Source: Macrostomum lignano (taxonomy: Eukaryota). Taken from it: a DNA stretch of 64,000 nt. Of the stretch, positions 52,041 to 63,129 are shown piece by piece. Position 1 is the first letter of the stretch. Each line of letters begins with the position of its first letter. The stretch is from the NCBI GenBank assembly GCA_002269645.1, contig NIVC01000051.1:434001-498000 (forward strand), written 5' to 3'. A model generated the notes under the pieces. That model was not told the origin of the DNA. It did no database searches and saw only the letters and a list, made by a program, of their open reading frames with translations. A program made the position numbers and the translations under genes.

Positions 52041-53395
52041 TGTGAGCATTCTATGCACCTATAAATATTCTAATGTTGTTCGTAGTCATATTTGTACGTG
52101 CTTGTGTATGGGGGGTGGTTGCTTGCAACGTGCGGTTGCGCCCGTGCGTGTGCAACACCCAAAACCCACCTCAATCTTCGGCTTATAAAATATATCGATT
52201 GTCAGGCCTGAGCGCCAAGTCGGTTTTCTCGCAATCTCAAACCTCGCTCGTTTTACAGAAGACTTTGCCCCATTCAAATGCATGGAAGACAGCCATAGAC
52301 TATCAAGTTACTGACGCGTTTGCCCCATTTAACCCATTACTGCAATTTCAATATAGAGTGAGCGTGCGTTCGTGGCAAATATGTCACAGGGAGAAGCCTT
52401 ACAATAAGGAGTGTACACAGTATTAAGTAAGGTTGAACATGGACAGCACGCAAATTTCTCACCGAGAAGCTCAACTGAGGGACCGGCAAACCTAGAAGTA
52501 GACATCTAAACTTGCAGTTTACATTTCGAACGAATTGATTAACATCTGAGTGCGAGTGCAGATATCATTTCCGCTTTTGTGATCGTCCAGGAATCATTCA
52601 ATCTTTAAGTGCCTAATACGAGAGATTCCACTGGGCTAAGAAAAGATATTTTCATAGCTTGCTTATTGCTTATGACGAAACTTTAACTGCCTGATCAGAA
52701 ACCTTTGCTCTGTCAGCAAGAATGCGATGATTGTTTCCGATTTTTTCTTTGATTCAATAATTGACGATGCAATTTAAAAGTACAGATTTACATATTTAAT
52801 GGAACAGACGTACGTGCAACACCGAAAAAACGCTGCAATTAGTAGGGGTTGACATTTTCGCGAAGGTTTGCACTCGCTGATGCCTAATAGACAGAATGAC
52901 TGAGCTAGCGGGTGACTGGAAGAGCTAACAAGAGTTTTCGACAAGGCGAAATTTTGAGCTTGTAAGACCCCCCCCCCCCCCTATTACAGTTCACCTAGTT
53001 GAATTTATCCTTCCTGGTTTGGCTTTTTGGTTTAAACCAGCATGGAGAAAAAGAAGTCGCAGATTCAGCGTTCAGGTTCAACGCAATTTAGCTAGTACAG
53101 TCCATACTCAGTCGTGAATGGATAGCAGCTGGATAAACAGGCACTATTACACTCGCTTCATTCATTGGCCGAATAAAAATGTCCTAGGCAGAAAGGCAGT
53201 GCAGTGCACAGGGGTGGAGTCCAAATGCGCATACAAGGGGTGAATTGACAGAAAGCTTTAAATAAAGTCAAATAAATTTTTTCAACATGTTTCGTCTATC
53301 TGAACAATACAGTATAGCTGCCGACGTAAAATTAAGGCAATTGAAAGCGGAAAAGATCAGGATTAACTAATAAAAACTCGATCTAGAAAATTGTG

Positions 53396-54919
53396 ATGGC
53401 CAATGGACTAAAGCGATATTGTACCCCAGGTGAGTATGTACTCGTTTGGATCAAGTGGGCACAAATATACCTTTTAACAATTTTTTGGACATTAGTGAAT
53501 TTTATTTAGTCTGACTGACTAGCCAACAACAGTGCTACGTACCGAAAGACAAACATCTGTTAATTTGATCTATCGATACTCGAAAGCCGCCGCAATCGAC
53601 GACTCTAGCGCTGGGTACAGAATCAAGAAATACTGAAGTTCCATGGCAAGTTAGTATAGCTGTGTCTGTGATTAGTGGAATAGTCGGGTTATACATGTAA
53701 TAGGTCGAGAAGTATTGTTAAAGAAGGCTGCAGTAAAAGGTGGCTAGAACAAGCCTTCAATTGACCGTATAGACCCCTCTCTCTGGCAACGCCCTTGACT
53801 GCAACTATACCTGTGATTACCATCTATATCTTTTTAGCGAATAGCCGAAAACTGATGCTTCTAATAATACTGACGATTGCGATACAGCTGATAATCTATC
53901 TAAATAAAAGGCCAACTACAAATACTCAATCAGAATGGCAAAACGATTCGTCAGCCTTAAAGAATTCAAGTTGCAGCGAGCTGCCCTCCCAGTTCTCGGA
54001 CTCCATCCCGGCGCTGGTGCACTGGACCAGCAAAGACGGCCGAGTGCCAGCCAAGCTGGTTCCCATTGTGCGCTCCTGGGCACGGCTGAGTAACGGTAGC
54101 CGAATCCAGGCCTGGCACTTCATGCACTGGGACGACAAGCAGATCTCCGAGCTCATCTCGAAGCACTATCCGTACCTTGTTCAAAGCTACCGCAAGCTGG
54201 TCAACGGGCTGGAGCGATCGGACATCGGCCGTCTGGTCGTGCTGCACCACGTCGGCGGTCTGTACATCGACACGGATGTGGAGCTGCTTCGAGATCCGAC
54301 ACCGCTGCTAAGACCGTCGCAGCTTCAGGGAGTGGGGCTGACTCCGAACTTCGACTGTGAGTCAGCCGTGTGGAGTCAGGAGCCTACTGAGCACGCAGTC
54401 TTCACGTTCAATCTTCCGGCACTGATTTCGAATGCGGTGATGATGAGCCGAGCGAATCACAGCTTCCTGAGCTTCGTGCTAACAAACTGGCCGCAATGGT
54501 TCGAGCAGAATTGGGCCAGTAACACCAAGAGAGTTCATAACGATGCGGTGCACGTCACGGGACCCAGAATGCTGCACACATTCTACGAGAAGTACACGGC
54601 TCTGAAGAAGAGCGACCGACCTGCCGACTGGTGCGGCAACATGCTGGCCGAGGCAGACGCCTTCCAGCCCATCTGGGACGTGGCATGGATTCCTGACAGA
54701 CTAAAGAAGCTCTGTCTAGCACCAGAAAAGCTGTCTAAGCCGAAACAGGACCATTGCAAGCGACTGAACCGCACAAAGTTCGAGACGAAACAGATTCCGA
54801 ATGGTTCCTACACGGTCCACAGGTTTATGCATTTGAGCTACACGCATAACATGCTAACTTCTAGTGCTTTGGAAATTTCTTCAATTTTACCTATTATAAA
54901 CTGCAACCTGAACTTTTAA
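53396..54919 (+). CDS. GT32 glycosyltransferase paralog 6. Predicted exons 53396-53429 and 53838-54919
   Basis: ORF 53795-54919 with GT32 core. ATG 53396 (MANGLKRYCTP), phase-1 donor CAG|GTGAGT (53429/53430) and acceptor TTTTTAG| (53837/53838) join in frame to NSRKLMLLIILTIAIQLIIY (TM). Confidence 0.87.
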
Positions 54920-55265
54920 TCTATAGTGTTCATTCGGAGCAACACTCTGCATTCAATGGTGTGCTCACTCTATGTGTCAGACATTAATCTGTGTATATTG
55001 ACAATGCACCGGTTTAAGTGTTAGTAATAATAAAATATACCTGCAAAGTGCAAAGTATTCTTCTTAATTGATCTATGTACAAATAGATAAAGACGAATTA
55101 AAAAACTAGGCCGCAACTGTTTAAAGAGATTCAATAGAAATAGTAGCGGTTAATTTTGACAGACCGAAATTGGAAATGCTTTTGAACATGTATATTGTAT
55201 ACGAATACAAGTACAGAACCGACGAGAAGTCCAATAATTCAGGGTATAATTAATCATGCTCCCGA

Positions 55266-56408
55266 CTAAAGCACCTGATTCGGATCGCGAGACGAGTAAA
55301 ACGCGTAAATACGTTTCCCCAATTCCGGTCCCAGTCGCCTGGCAGTGCTAAGCGGCCCGGTGCCTTTGCACACCTGCAGATCGGCCACAAGTTTGACGGC
55401 CTCCTCGGCGCTGGCGCACCCGGCGTAGGCCCGAATCAAGTGGCCAGGCGACGGGTAGGCTCGCATTATTGTCCGAGCCACCTCGGCCGTAACCAAAGGA
55501 AAACACTGCAGCTGGCAGCGCCACAGCTCGTCAATGCCAGCTGGCGAGCCTCCGTCCGCGCTCTCTTCCAGCCGGCAGCCGGCGCCAACACCGGCGCCAA
55601 CGTGAAACGAGAAGACGGATTCAAGTCTGGCAGCTTTGAAAGGCCGCTCGGCAATGGCTTTGGTCAGACAGTAGACCAGTTTGCCCAGTTGAACTGGATC
55701 CTCTAGCACGCGTACAGTGACACCGCGAGTCAGCTGCAGCGAGACGAACGCTTCCTCGCACTGGAGTCGAGTGACCTGATCAGCTGTGCTAGCTTTGGGC
55801 TTCTTAGCTGGCGGCGCTGCTGGCTTATCGGAATTGGCCAGCATCTTTGCACGCAGAGCGTTGCCTTCAGCGGCTCGGCTGGACTGGGTTATGTGAAGCT
55901 CCAGATCGTAAACGACAAGACTGGGCGACCAACGATTAGTGCTGACAAGCTGCTCGGGAAACACTAATGAGCTCAGCTCACTCTGCCGCTTCTGCTGAAT
56001 CAATTCAACTAATTGGCGACCGTCCATTATTAGCAAGGAATCGGACTCGAGCTCTTCAAATTCTACTGAAGCAGCAGCTAGCGACGATGGCAAAGCGTCG
56101 TGAGCCAGATCGGCAAACGCGGCCGGGTCCAACGCGTGAACGTTTCTACGCCAGCGAATAGCGGGCAGAGGCAACAGTCGCTGTTCATCGGCGTCTAATG
56201 GAACAACTTGTTGCCCGTTCAGACAGCCGGTTATCGACGGGCCAAGCCGCTGGTCATTGGCAATGCGATCGTCCAGCAATACGGCGACGTGTTTCAAGCA
56301 CTCGCGCGGCTGCATGCACTTTCGAATGCGGCGCAGTGCAGCTTTCTCGGCTTTTTGACGCTTTGCGACCAGCTTTGCCGCCGCCGCGTTGGAAGGATTT
56401 GTAGCCAT
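55266..56408 (-). CDS. EME1: Crossover junction endonuclease subunit EME1 homolog
   Basis: QPRECLKHVAVLLD (P.ECLK motif), an inactive ERCC4-like region (CEEAFVSLQL..LTKAIAERPFK) and the HhH tail LWRCQLQCFPLVTAEVARTIMRAYPSP..RRLGPELGKRIY. First ATG in the ORF is at 56408; upstream exons cannot be excluded. Confidence 0.88.
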   Translation of the reverse strand: MATNPSNAAAAKLVAKRQKAEKAALRRIRKCMQPRECLKHVAVLLDDRIANDQRLGPSITGCLNGQQVVPLDADEQRLLPLPAIRWRRNVHALDPAAFADLAHDALPSSLAAASVEFEELESDSLLIMDGRQLVELIQQKRQSELSSLVFPEQLVSTNRWSPSLVVYDLELHITQSSRAAEGNALRAKMLANSDKPAAPPAKKPKASTADQVTRLQCEEAFVSLQLTRGVTVRVLEDPVQLGKLVYCLTKAIAERPFKAARLESVFSFHVGAGVGAGCRLEESADGGSPAGIDELWRCQLQCFPLVTAEVARTIMRAYPSPGHLIRAYAGCASAEEAVKLVADLQVCKGTGPLSTARRLGPELGKRIYAFYSSRDPNQVL

Positions 56409-56827
56409 GGGTTGGGCGAGAGCATCAAAGTTGCAGAGAATTAGTACATAGGTTGAATATCTATAAAAGAATTTAAGTTGAAGTATCGTTACAGATCTTA
56501 ATGAAGTGCGTATTGATAAATGCATGAAATGTAAAACTCAGCTTCGCCGCTTTCACATCTGCAGTTTTCGCACTCTAATTGGATATACTCGTATATAACT
56601 ATTCTGTTAGTAATTGAGACCTATTTGAAGCTAACTTAAGTCAAATTATTCAGTCTAGCTTAGACCACAGAACTTACACAGAATGGTCAATCAATCAATG
56701 TCTATGACTCCGAAATGCGTGCGCGTGCACACTACTTTTTTAGTGAAGGGCCCCGAAGTATATTATAGTGCAGAGGAAACTGATAGAGCAACATATTTAA
56801 TTTTGACACAGAGATTTTTTCCATCAA

Positions 56828-57050
56828 GGGGTTAAATAAAGGTCGAGAGTTCGATTCTCGACCCACTCGGAATAATTTGTGTCATTGAGCAAGACACTTA
56901 ACTCTGCATTGCTTCAGTTCACCCAGCTGTAAAATGGGTGCCGCCAGCATTAGCTGGGGTAATTGAGGCTGTGGGTGGCGACCCCCCAGTCTTTGGACTG
57001 GACAGCCGTACGCAGCTTTCAGATGCGCCGCGCAATAGGGCAGGTGTAAT
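56828..57050 (+). mobile_element. tRNA-derived CORE-like SINE remnant
   Basis: B box GAGTTCGATTC followed by GTGTCATTGAGCAAGACACTTAACTC..CAGCTGTAAAATGGG, similar to the SINE CORE domain. The 3' end is approximate. Confidence 0.55.
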
Positions 57051-58211
57051 CAATTACGAGCTATTACCGGTTGAATAATCAGTCACGGACTTGAAACTCT
57101 GACAGCGGGCACCAATTTTGCCAGGAACCTCAGTCCGTGACTTGATCATAAAATATAAATCCTTAAGAACTGCAGCACGAATGAAAAGTTATCCTCGACG
57201 ATTTATATTAAGTTTTTTGGCCTAAGAAAAATGGAAAATCATCATTCGACCTAGAGATCTAAGCATCTGGCAGAGAGGTGAACTTGTGAATGACCTCTCA
57301 AGATTTTAGTCGTTAGGCTACCGCGCATCATATTTGTCACACTTTTGATATTAAAAGAAGACTGGCTGCAATAGAGAAGCGTGCCACTCTTCAGAAATGC
57401 GGCGCGCGAAAATGAATGATTTCAACGGATTTTTTATTAAGATCTGCAGAGACCCATTTAACGTGTTCATCGTTTACGTTGTAGTGTTATCATTGTTTAA
57501 CTGTCGAATCTTCATAAAAAAAAAGTTGTTCTTGGCAAAAAAGTTTAGATCACATCCTTAATGAAAAAACGTTTAAAAAAATAAAATTTTAATCTAAAAA
57601 ATTAAAAGCAGCAGTCTTAACTAGTAAGTGGGGGAAGGGAGACGACTCTTACGAAACTGACTGTCCCGTCATCAGGTCAGGAGCGAGGCCTAGTCAGGTT
57701 AAACTGACACTGACTAGAGTTTTTCAGTGTTTCAATTTTGTTGAGTATGTGCACATGCTAGGGTTCATTTGAAACATGTGGTTGTTTCTCATAATTCGAA
57801 GAATTCCGTGTACAGCGGACCTGACTCTGATCTGAACCTTTACTCTGATTCTGTTTAATGACTGTGCAAAAATGTGCTAAAATGACCGGCGCACTAAAAG
57901 TGCATTAGGGTACATTTGTATCCTGTATTTAAAATAGCCAAGTTTTTAGTAACCCAGTTGGAGTTAGAGAGAGTTTTATAATTTGATCCCTAACAATCAG
58001 AATAAATTACTAAAGCAACCGGGAAACCACGGATGAGATAGTGGAATTCAATATATCCATAGCAAAAAATTGAGCAGGGAATATACGCGAGCCTTAAGCG
58101 GGCAGTCAAGCCTCAAGTCAGAAACCATTGAATTGTCAATATTGCAGCCAAATGCCTTTTGGCATAGATAGGTACTGAAGTTGAAGAGAAGTAAGGTAAG
58201 TTTGAGCTCAC

Positions 58212-58213
<2 letters not shown>

Positions 58214-58284
<71 letters not shown>
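58214..58284. repeat. (CT)n microsatellite
   Basis: About 35 CT units. Confidence 0.99.
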
Positions 58285-58287
<3 letters not shown>

Positions 58288-58960
58288 AACCCTTGGGTTG
58301 CAGCGATATTTACTCATAGTATAAAGTGGGCACTTCCACTTAAAATTGCCCCGAATTCTCTATTCGCGACCGTATTTTGGGTTGGGGGGTTAACACGGCA
58401 GCTGTAGGGTATTTTTGTATTGCATAGAAAAGGAGGCATATATATGTAATATATATAGAAAAGTGCATATAATACAAATAAAATTCTATGGCTATACATT
58501 GAACTGAGCATAACTACAAATAATTATCGTGGTGATAAATAAAAATTAAATTTCACGTTATTGTCTTGTTAAAACACAGCTAGCCAACAAAAACGGTTTC
58601 AATTTATTATAGTAAGCTAAGCAATAATATTCATAACGCAACTTAAGGATCTAAAATATCATACTATTTACCCAGAAAAAAGTAATAAACTTGCAAATAT
58701 TACAGGAATGTTGATCTGCAGTGCTGGTTTACTTCCGGTCCGACAGTTGAAGTTGGCTGCTTGCGTTAAAACTGGTGCTAACTGTCAATAATAGCCCAAA
58801 CCCATGTTTACATAGGAACAGGGACACAGAAACTAAAGGCTGAGGGAAGGTGCAGAAAAGGCTAGTTTAGAAATATGAACATTTAGTATATTTGCATTAA
58901 TACCTAGATTACTGTCTTTTCTGACTTTCTAATTTATGCTGAGGGTACATTGGGTAGCTA

Positions 58961-59780
58961 TTTCAACTGAGGGGGGGAGGCACCATTTCAGTTTATTGAG
59001 GCGCCATCTTAAATGATGGGGGCGCCATTTCAATTGATGGGGGCGCCATTTCAATTGGTGGGGGCGCCATTTCAATTGATGGGGGCGCCATTTCAATTGG
59101 TGGGGGCGCCATTTTAATTGATGGGGGCGCCATTTCAATTAGTGGGGGCGCCATTTCAATTGGTGGGGGCGCCATTTCAATTGATGGGGGCGCCATTTCA
59201 ATTGGTGGGGGCGCCATTTCAATTGATGGGGGCGCCATTTCAATTGGTGGGGCGCCATTTCAGTTTCTTCGGGCGCCATTTCAATTGGTGGGGCGCCATT
59301 TCAGTTTCTTCGGGCGCCATTTCAATTGGTGGGGCGCCATTTCAATTGATGGTGCGCCATTTCAGTTTCTTCGGGCGCCATTTCAATTGGTGGGGCGCCA
59401 TTTCAATTGATGGGGCGCCATTTCAGTTTCTTCGGGCGCCATTTGAATTGGTGGGGCGCCATTTCAATTGATGGGGCGCCATTTCAGTTTCTTCGGGCGC
59501 CATTTCAATTGGTGGGGCGCCATTTCAATTGATGGGGGCGCCATTTCAATTGGTGGGGGCGCCATTTCAATTGATGGGGGCGCCATTTCAATTGGTGGTG
59601 CGCCATTTCAATTGATGGGGCGCCATTTCAATTGGTGGGGGCGCCATTTCAATTGATGGGGGCGCCATCTCAATTGATGGGCGCTATTTCAATTTATGGG
59701 GCGCTATTTCGATTGATGGGGGCGGCGGCGCCTTTTCAATATATTGGGGCGCCATTTCGTAATTGATGGGGGCGCCATTG
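58961..59780. repeat. 20/21-bp minisatellite (TTCAATTGRTGGGGGCGCCAT), about 38 units
   Basis: Tandem copies with an interspersed TTCAGTTTCTTCGGGCGCCAT variant. Confidence 0.96.
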
Positions 59781-59893
59781 CACTTGAGGGGATGACAGGG
59801 GCAGGGGGCGCCAAAGCTACTGTATGAGGGAGCCAATCAACCTTTGCCAGCCAACTCATAAACTTTGCGAGCTAAACAGAAAACGACAACAGG

Positions 59894-60202
59894 TTAATTA
59901 GCGGCGCCAAAGTCGCGCATCCGAGCCACCGCTGACACAATCCGACGCGGGGCGCCTTCGGCGGCGCGCCGATGAAAAGCGGTAGAGTCGGCGGCTGAGA
60001 CCAAGTCGCGCAGGGCCTGCAGTCGATCGCTAGCGGATACGCCCAGATCGTCCAGACAGCTGGCTAGATAATTGGCGTCAGTAATGAGCTGCTGCACAGC
60101 CGAGTTGGCGGTTAGCTGGGGAATTTCCATGGCCCGATCAACGAACTTGTCCATAGTGTGCGCCGCCACGCATTCGATCCACAGTTCTATGCCGGCCGAG
60201 GC
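59894..60202 (-). CDS. COG7: Terminal coding exon of a conserved oligomeric Golgi complex subunit 7 homolog
   Basis: LWIECVAAHTMDKFVDRAMEIPQLTANSAVQQLITDANYLASCLDDLG..GAPRRIVSAVARMR parallels the COG7 C-terminus (W..A..TM..I.QIP.L..QL.TD..YL..LG..PRR..V..MR). Phase-0 acceptor after a pyrimidine tract, CCCAG| at 60203/60202. Upstream exons not found in the window. Confidence 0.72.
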   Translation of the reverse strand, partial: ASAGIELWIECVAAHTMDKFVDRAMEIPQLTANSAVQQLITDANYLASCLDDLGVSASDRLQALRDLVSAADSTAFHRRAAEGAPRRIVSAVARMRDFGAAN

Positions 60203-60239
60203 CTGGGATCAAGGAGGGAAAAGTAGAGTGAGCGCGCAC

Positions 60240-60590
60240 TTGAAGTGTCTCAATGAAGTAAGCTTGAATTTTGAAGTTAGTCTCAGTGACACAAGCGTGC
60301 AATTTGAAGTGTGTCTCAATGAAGTAAGCGTGCAATTTGAAGTGTGTCTCAATGAAGTAAGCCCGAATTTTCAAGTGTCTCAATGAAGTAAGCGTGCAAT
60401 TTGAAGTGTGTATCAATGAAGTAAGCGTGCAATTTGAAGTGTGTCTCAATGAAGTAAGCCCGAATTTTCAAGTGTCTCAATGAAGTAAGCGTGCAATTTG
60501 AAGTGTGTCTCAATGAAGTAAGCGTGCAATTTGAAGTGTCTCAATATAGTAAACCCGCATTTTTAAGTGTCTCGATGAAGTAAGCGTGCA
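60240..60590. repeat. 31-33-bp minisatellite (AAGTGTGTCTCAATGAAGTAAGCGTGCAATTTG), about 10 units
   Basis: Tandem copies inside the COG7 intron. Confidence 0.92.
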
Positions 60591-60919
60591 TGATATACAC
60601 GTATACACGCAGCAAAATAAGCGCGCGCGTAAACTGATGTGCAATAACACAAAATGCGCGCAAAGATACTAGCGAGTTCCGGTCTAAACCACGCAAGGTT
60701 AAGAGTGTAATAAGAGGGCTATTACTGTGAAACTATACAGTTAAGTTAGCTTGTAGATAAGACAGCAGTGAAATTTCTATCATAATATCACTGATTATCA
60801 CATCACTTCGCAACACAGGGTGGCTAAGAATCGTATCGCATTGCAAAAAATTAGCAGAGATGACTAATTAAAGAACAGAAGTCAAGTCAATTAGCTAATG
60901 AGTCATTGCTACAACTTGT

Positions 60920-63129
60920 GGTGCCACCAGTTGAAGGCTACCGATGCCGTTAGGATGAGAACTGAGTGCTTAAGACACTATAGTTGAGGGTATCCATAGT
61001 CACCTGGTGCCACCTGTTGAAGGCTACCGATGCCGTTAGGATGAGGACGGAGTGCTTAAGACACTATAGTTGAGGGTATCCATAGTCACCTGGTGCCACC
61101 TGTTGAAGGCTACCGATGCCGTTAGGATGAGGACGGAGTGCTTAAGACACTATAGTTGAGGGTATCCATAGTCACCTGGTGCCACCAGTTGAAGGCTACC
61201 GATGCCGTTAGGATGAGGACAGAGTGCTTAAGACACTATAGTTGAGGGTATCCATAGTCACCTGGTGCCACCTGTTGAAGGCTACCGATGCCGTTAGGAT
61301 GAGGACGGAGTGCTTAAGACACTATAGTTGAGGGTATCCATAGTCACCTGGTGCCACCTGTTGAAGGCTACCGATGCCGTTAGGATGAGGACTGAGTGCT
61401 TAAGACACTATAGTTGAGGGTATCCATAGTCACCTGGTGCCACCTGTTGAAGGCTACCGATGCCGTTAGGATGAGGACGGAGTGCTTAAGACACTATAGT
61501 TGAGGGTATCCATAGTCACCTGGTGCCACCAGTTGAAGGCTACCGATGCCGTTAGGATGAGGACTGAGTGCTTAAGACACTATAGTTGAGGGTATCCATA
61601 GTCACCTGGTGCCACCTGTTGAAGGCTACCGATGCCGTTAGGATGAGGACAGAGTGCTTAAGACACTATAGTTGAGGGTATCCATAGTCACCTGGTGCCA
61701 CCTGTTGAAGGCTACCGATGCCGTTAGGATGAGGACTGAGTGCTTAAGACACTATAGTTGAGGGTATCCATAGTCACCTGGTGCCACCTGTTGAAGGCTA
61801 CCGATGCCGTTAGGATGAGGACGGAGTGCTTAAGACACTATAGTTGAGGGTATCCATAGTCACCTGGTGCCACCTGTTGAAGGCTACCGATGCCGTTAGG
61901 ATGAGGACGGAGTGCTTAAGACACTATAGTTGAGGGTATCCATAGTCACCTGGTGCCACCTGTTGAAGGCTACCGATGCCGTTAGGATGAGGACTGAGTG
62001 CTTAAGACACTATAGTTGAGGGTATCCATAGTCACCTGGTGCCACCTGTTGAAGGCTACCGATGCCGTTAGGATGAGGACGGAGTGCTTAAGACACTATA
62101 GTTGAGGGTATCCATAGTCACCTGGTGCCACCTGTTGAAGGCTACCGATGCCGTTAGGATGAGGACTGAGTGCTTAAGACACTATAGTTGAGGGTATCCA
62201 TAGTCACCTGGTGCCACCTGTTGAAGGCTACCGATGCCGTTAGGATGAGGACAGAGTGCTTAAGACACTATAGTTGAGGGTATCCATAGTCACCTGGTGC
62301 CACCTGTTGAAGGCTACCGATGCCGTTAGGATGAGGACGGAGTGCTTAAGACACTATAGTTGAGGGTATCCATAGTCACCTGGTGCCACCTGTTGAAGGC
62401 TACCGATGCCGTTAGGATGAGGACGGAGTGCTTAAGACACTATAGTTGAGGGTATCCATAGTCACCTGGTGCCACCTGTTGAAGGCTACCGATGCCGTTA
62501 GGATGAGGACTGAGTGCTTAAGACACTATAGTTGAGGGTATCCATAGTCACCTGGTGCCACCTGTTGAAGGCTACCGATGCCGTTAGGATGAGGACGGAG
62601 TGCTTAAGACACTATAGTTGAGGGTATCCATAGTCACCTGGTGCCACCAGTTGAAGGCTACCGATGCCGTTAGGATGAGGACGGAGTGCTTAAGACACTA
62701 TAGTTGAGGGTATCCATAGTCACCTGGTGCCACCTGTTGAAGGCTACCGATGCCGTTAGGATGAGGACGGAGTGCTTAAGACACTATAGTTGAGGGTATC
62801 CATAGTCACCTGGTGCCACCTGTTGAAGGCTACCGATGCCGTTAGGATGAGGACGGAGTGCTTAAGACACTATAGTTGAGGGTATCCATAGTCACCTGGT
62901 GCCACCTGTTGAAGGCTACCGATGCCGTTAGGATGAGGACGGAGTGCTTAAGACACTATAGTTGAGGGTATCCATAGTCACCTGGTGCCACCAGTTGAAG
63001 GCTACCGATGCCGTTAGGATGAGGACGGAGTGCTTAAGACACTATAGTTGAGGGTATCCATAGTCACCTGGTGCCACCTGTTGAAGGCTACCGATGCCGT
63101 TAGGATGAGGACGGAGTGCTTAAGACACT
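60920..63129. repeat. 86-bp satellite, about 26 near-identical units
   Basis: CACCTGGTGCCACC(T/A)GTTGAAGGCTACCGATGCCGTTAGGATGAGGAC(G/T/A)GAGTGCTTAAGACACTATAGTTGAGGGTATCCATAGT; period measured from 61001 to 61087. Confidence 0.98.

Noticed and set aside
51750-52450. CRESS-type nonanucleotide origin (NANTATTAC in a stem-loop)
   Set aside because: Only partial matches (TAGTATTTT, CAGTATTAA), with no enclosing hairpin.
39153-63129. CRISPR-like appearance of the 35-bp, 22-bp and 86-bp arrays
   Set aside because: The units are identical end to end with no unique spacers, there are no cas genes, and the context is eukaryotic.
60920-63129. Hammerhead or other ribozyme in the 86-bp satellite
   Set aside because: No CUGANGA/GAAA core on either strand.
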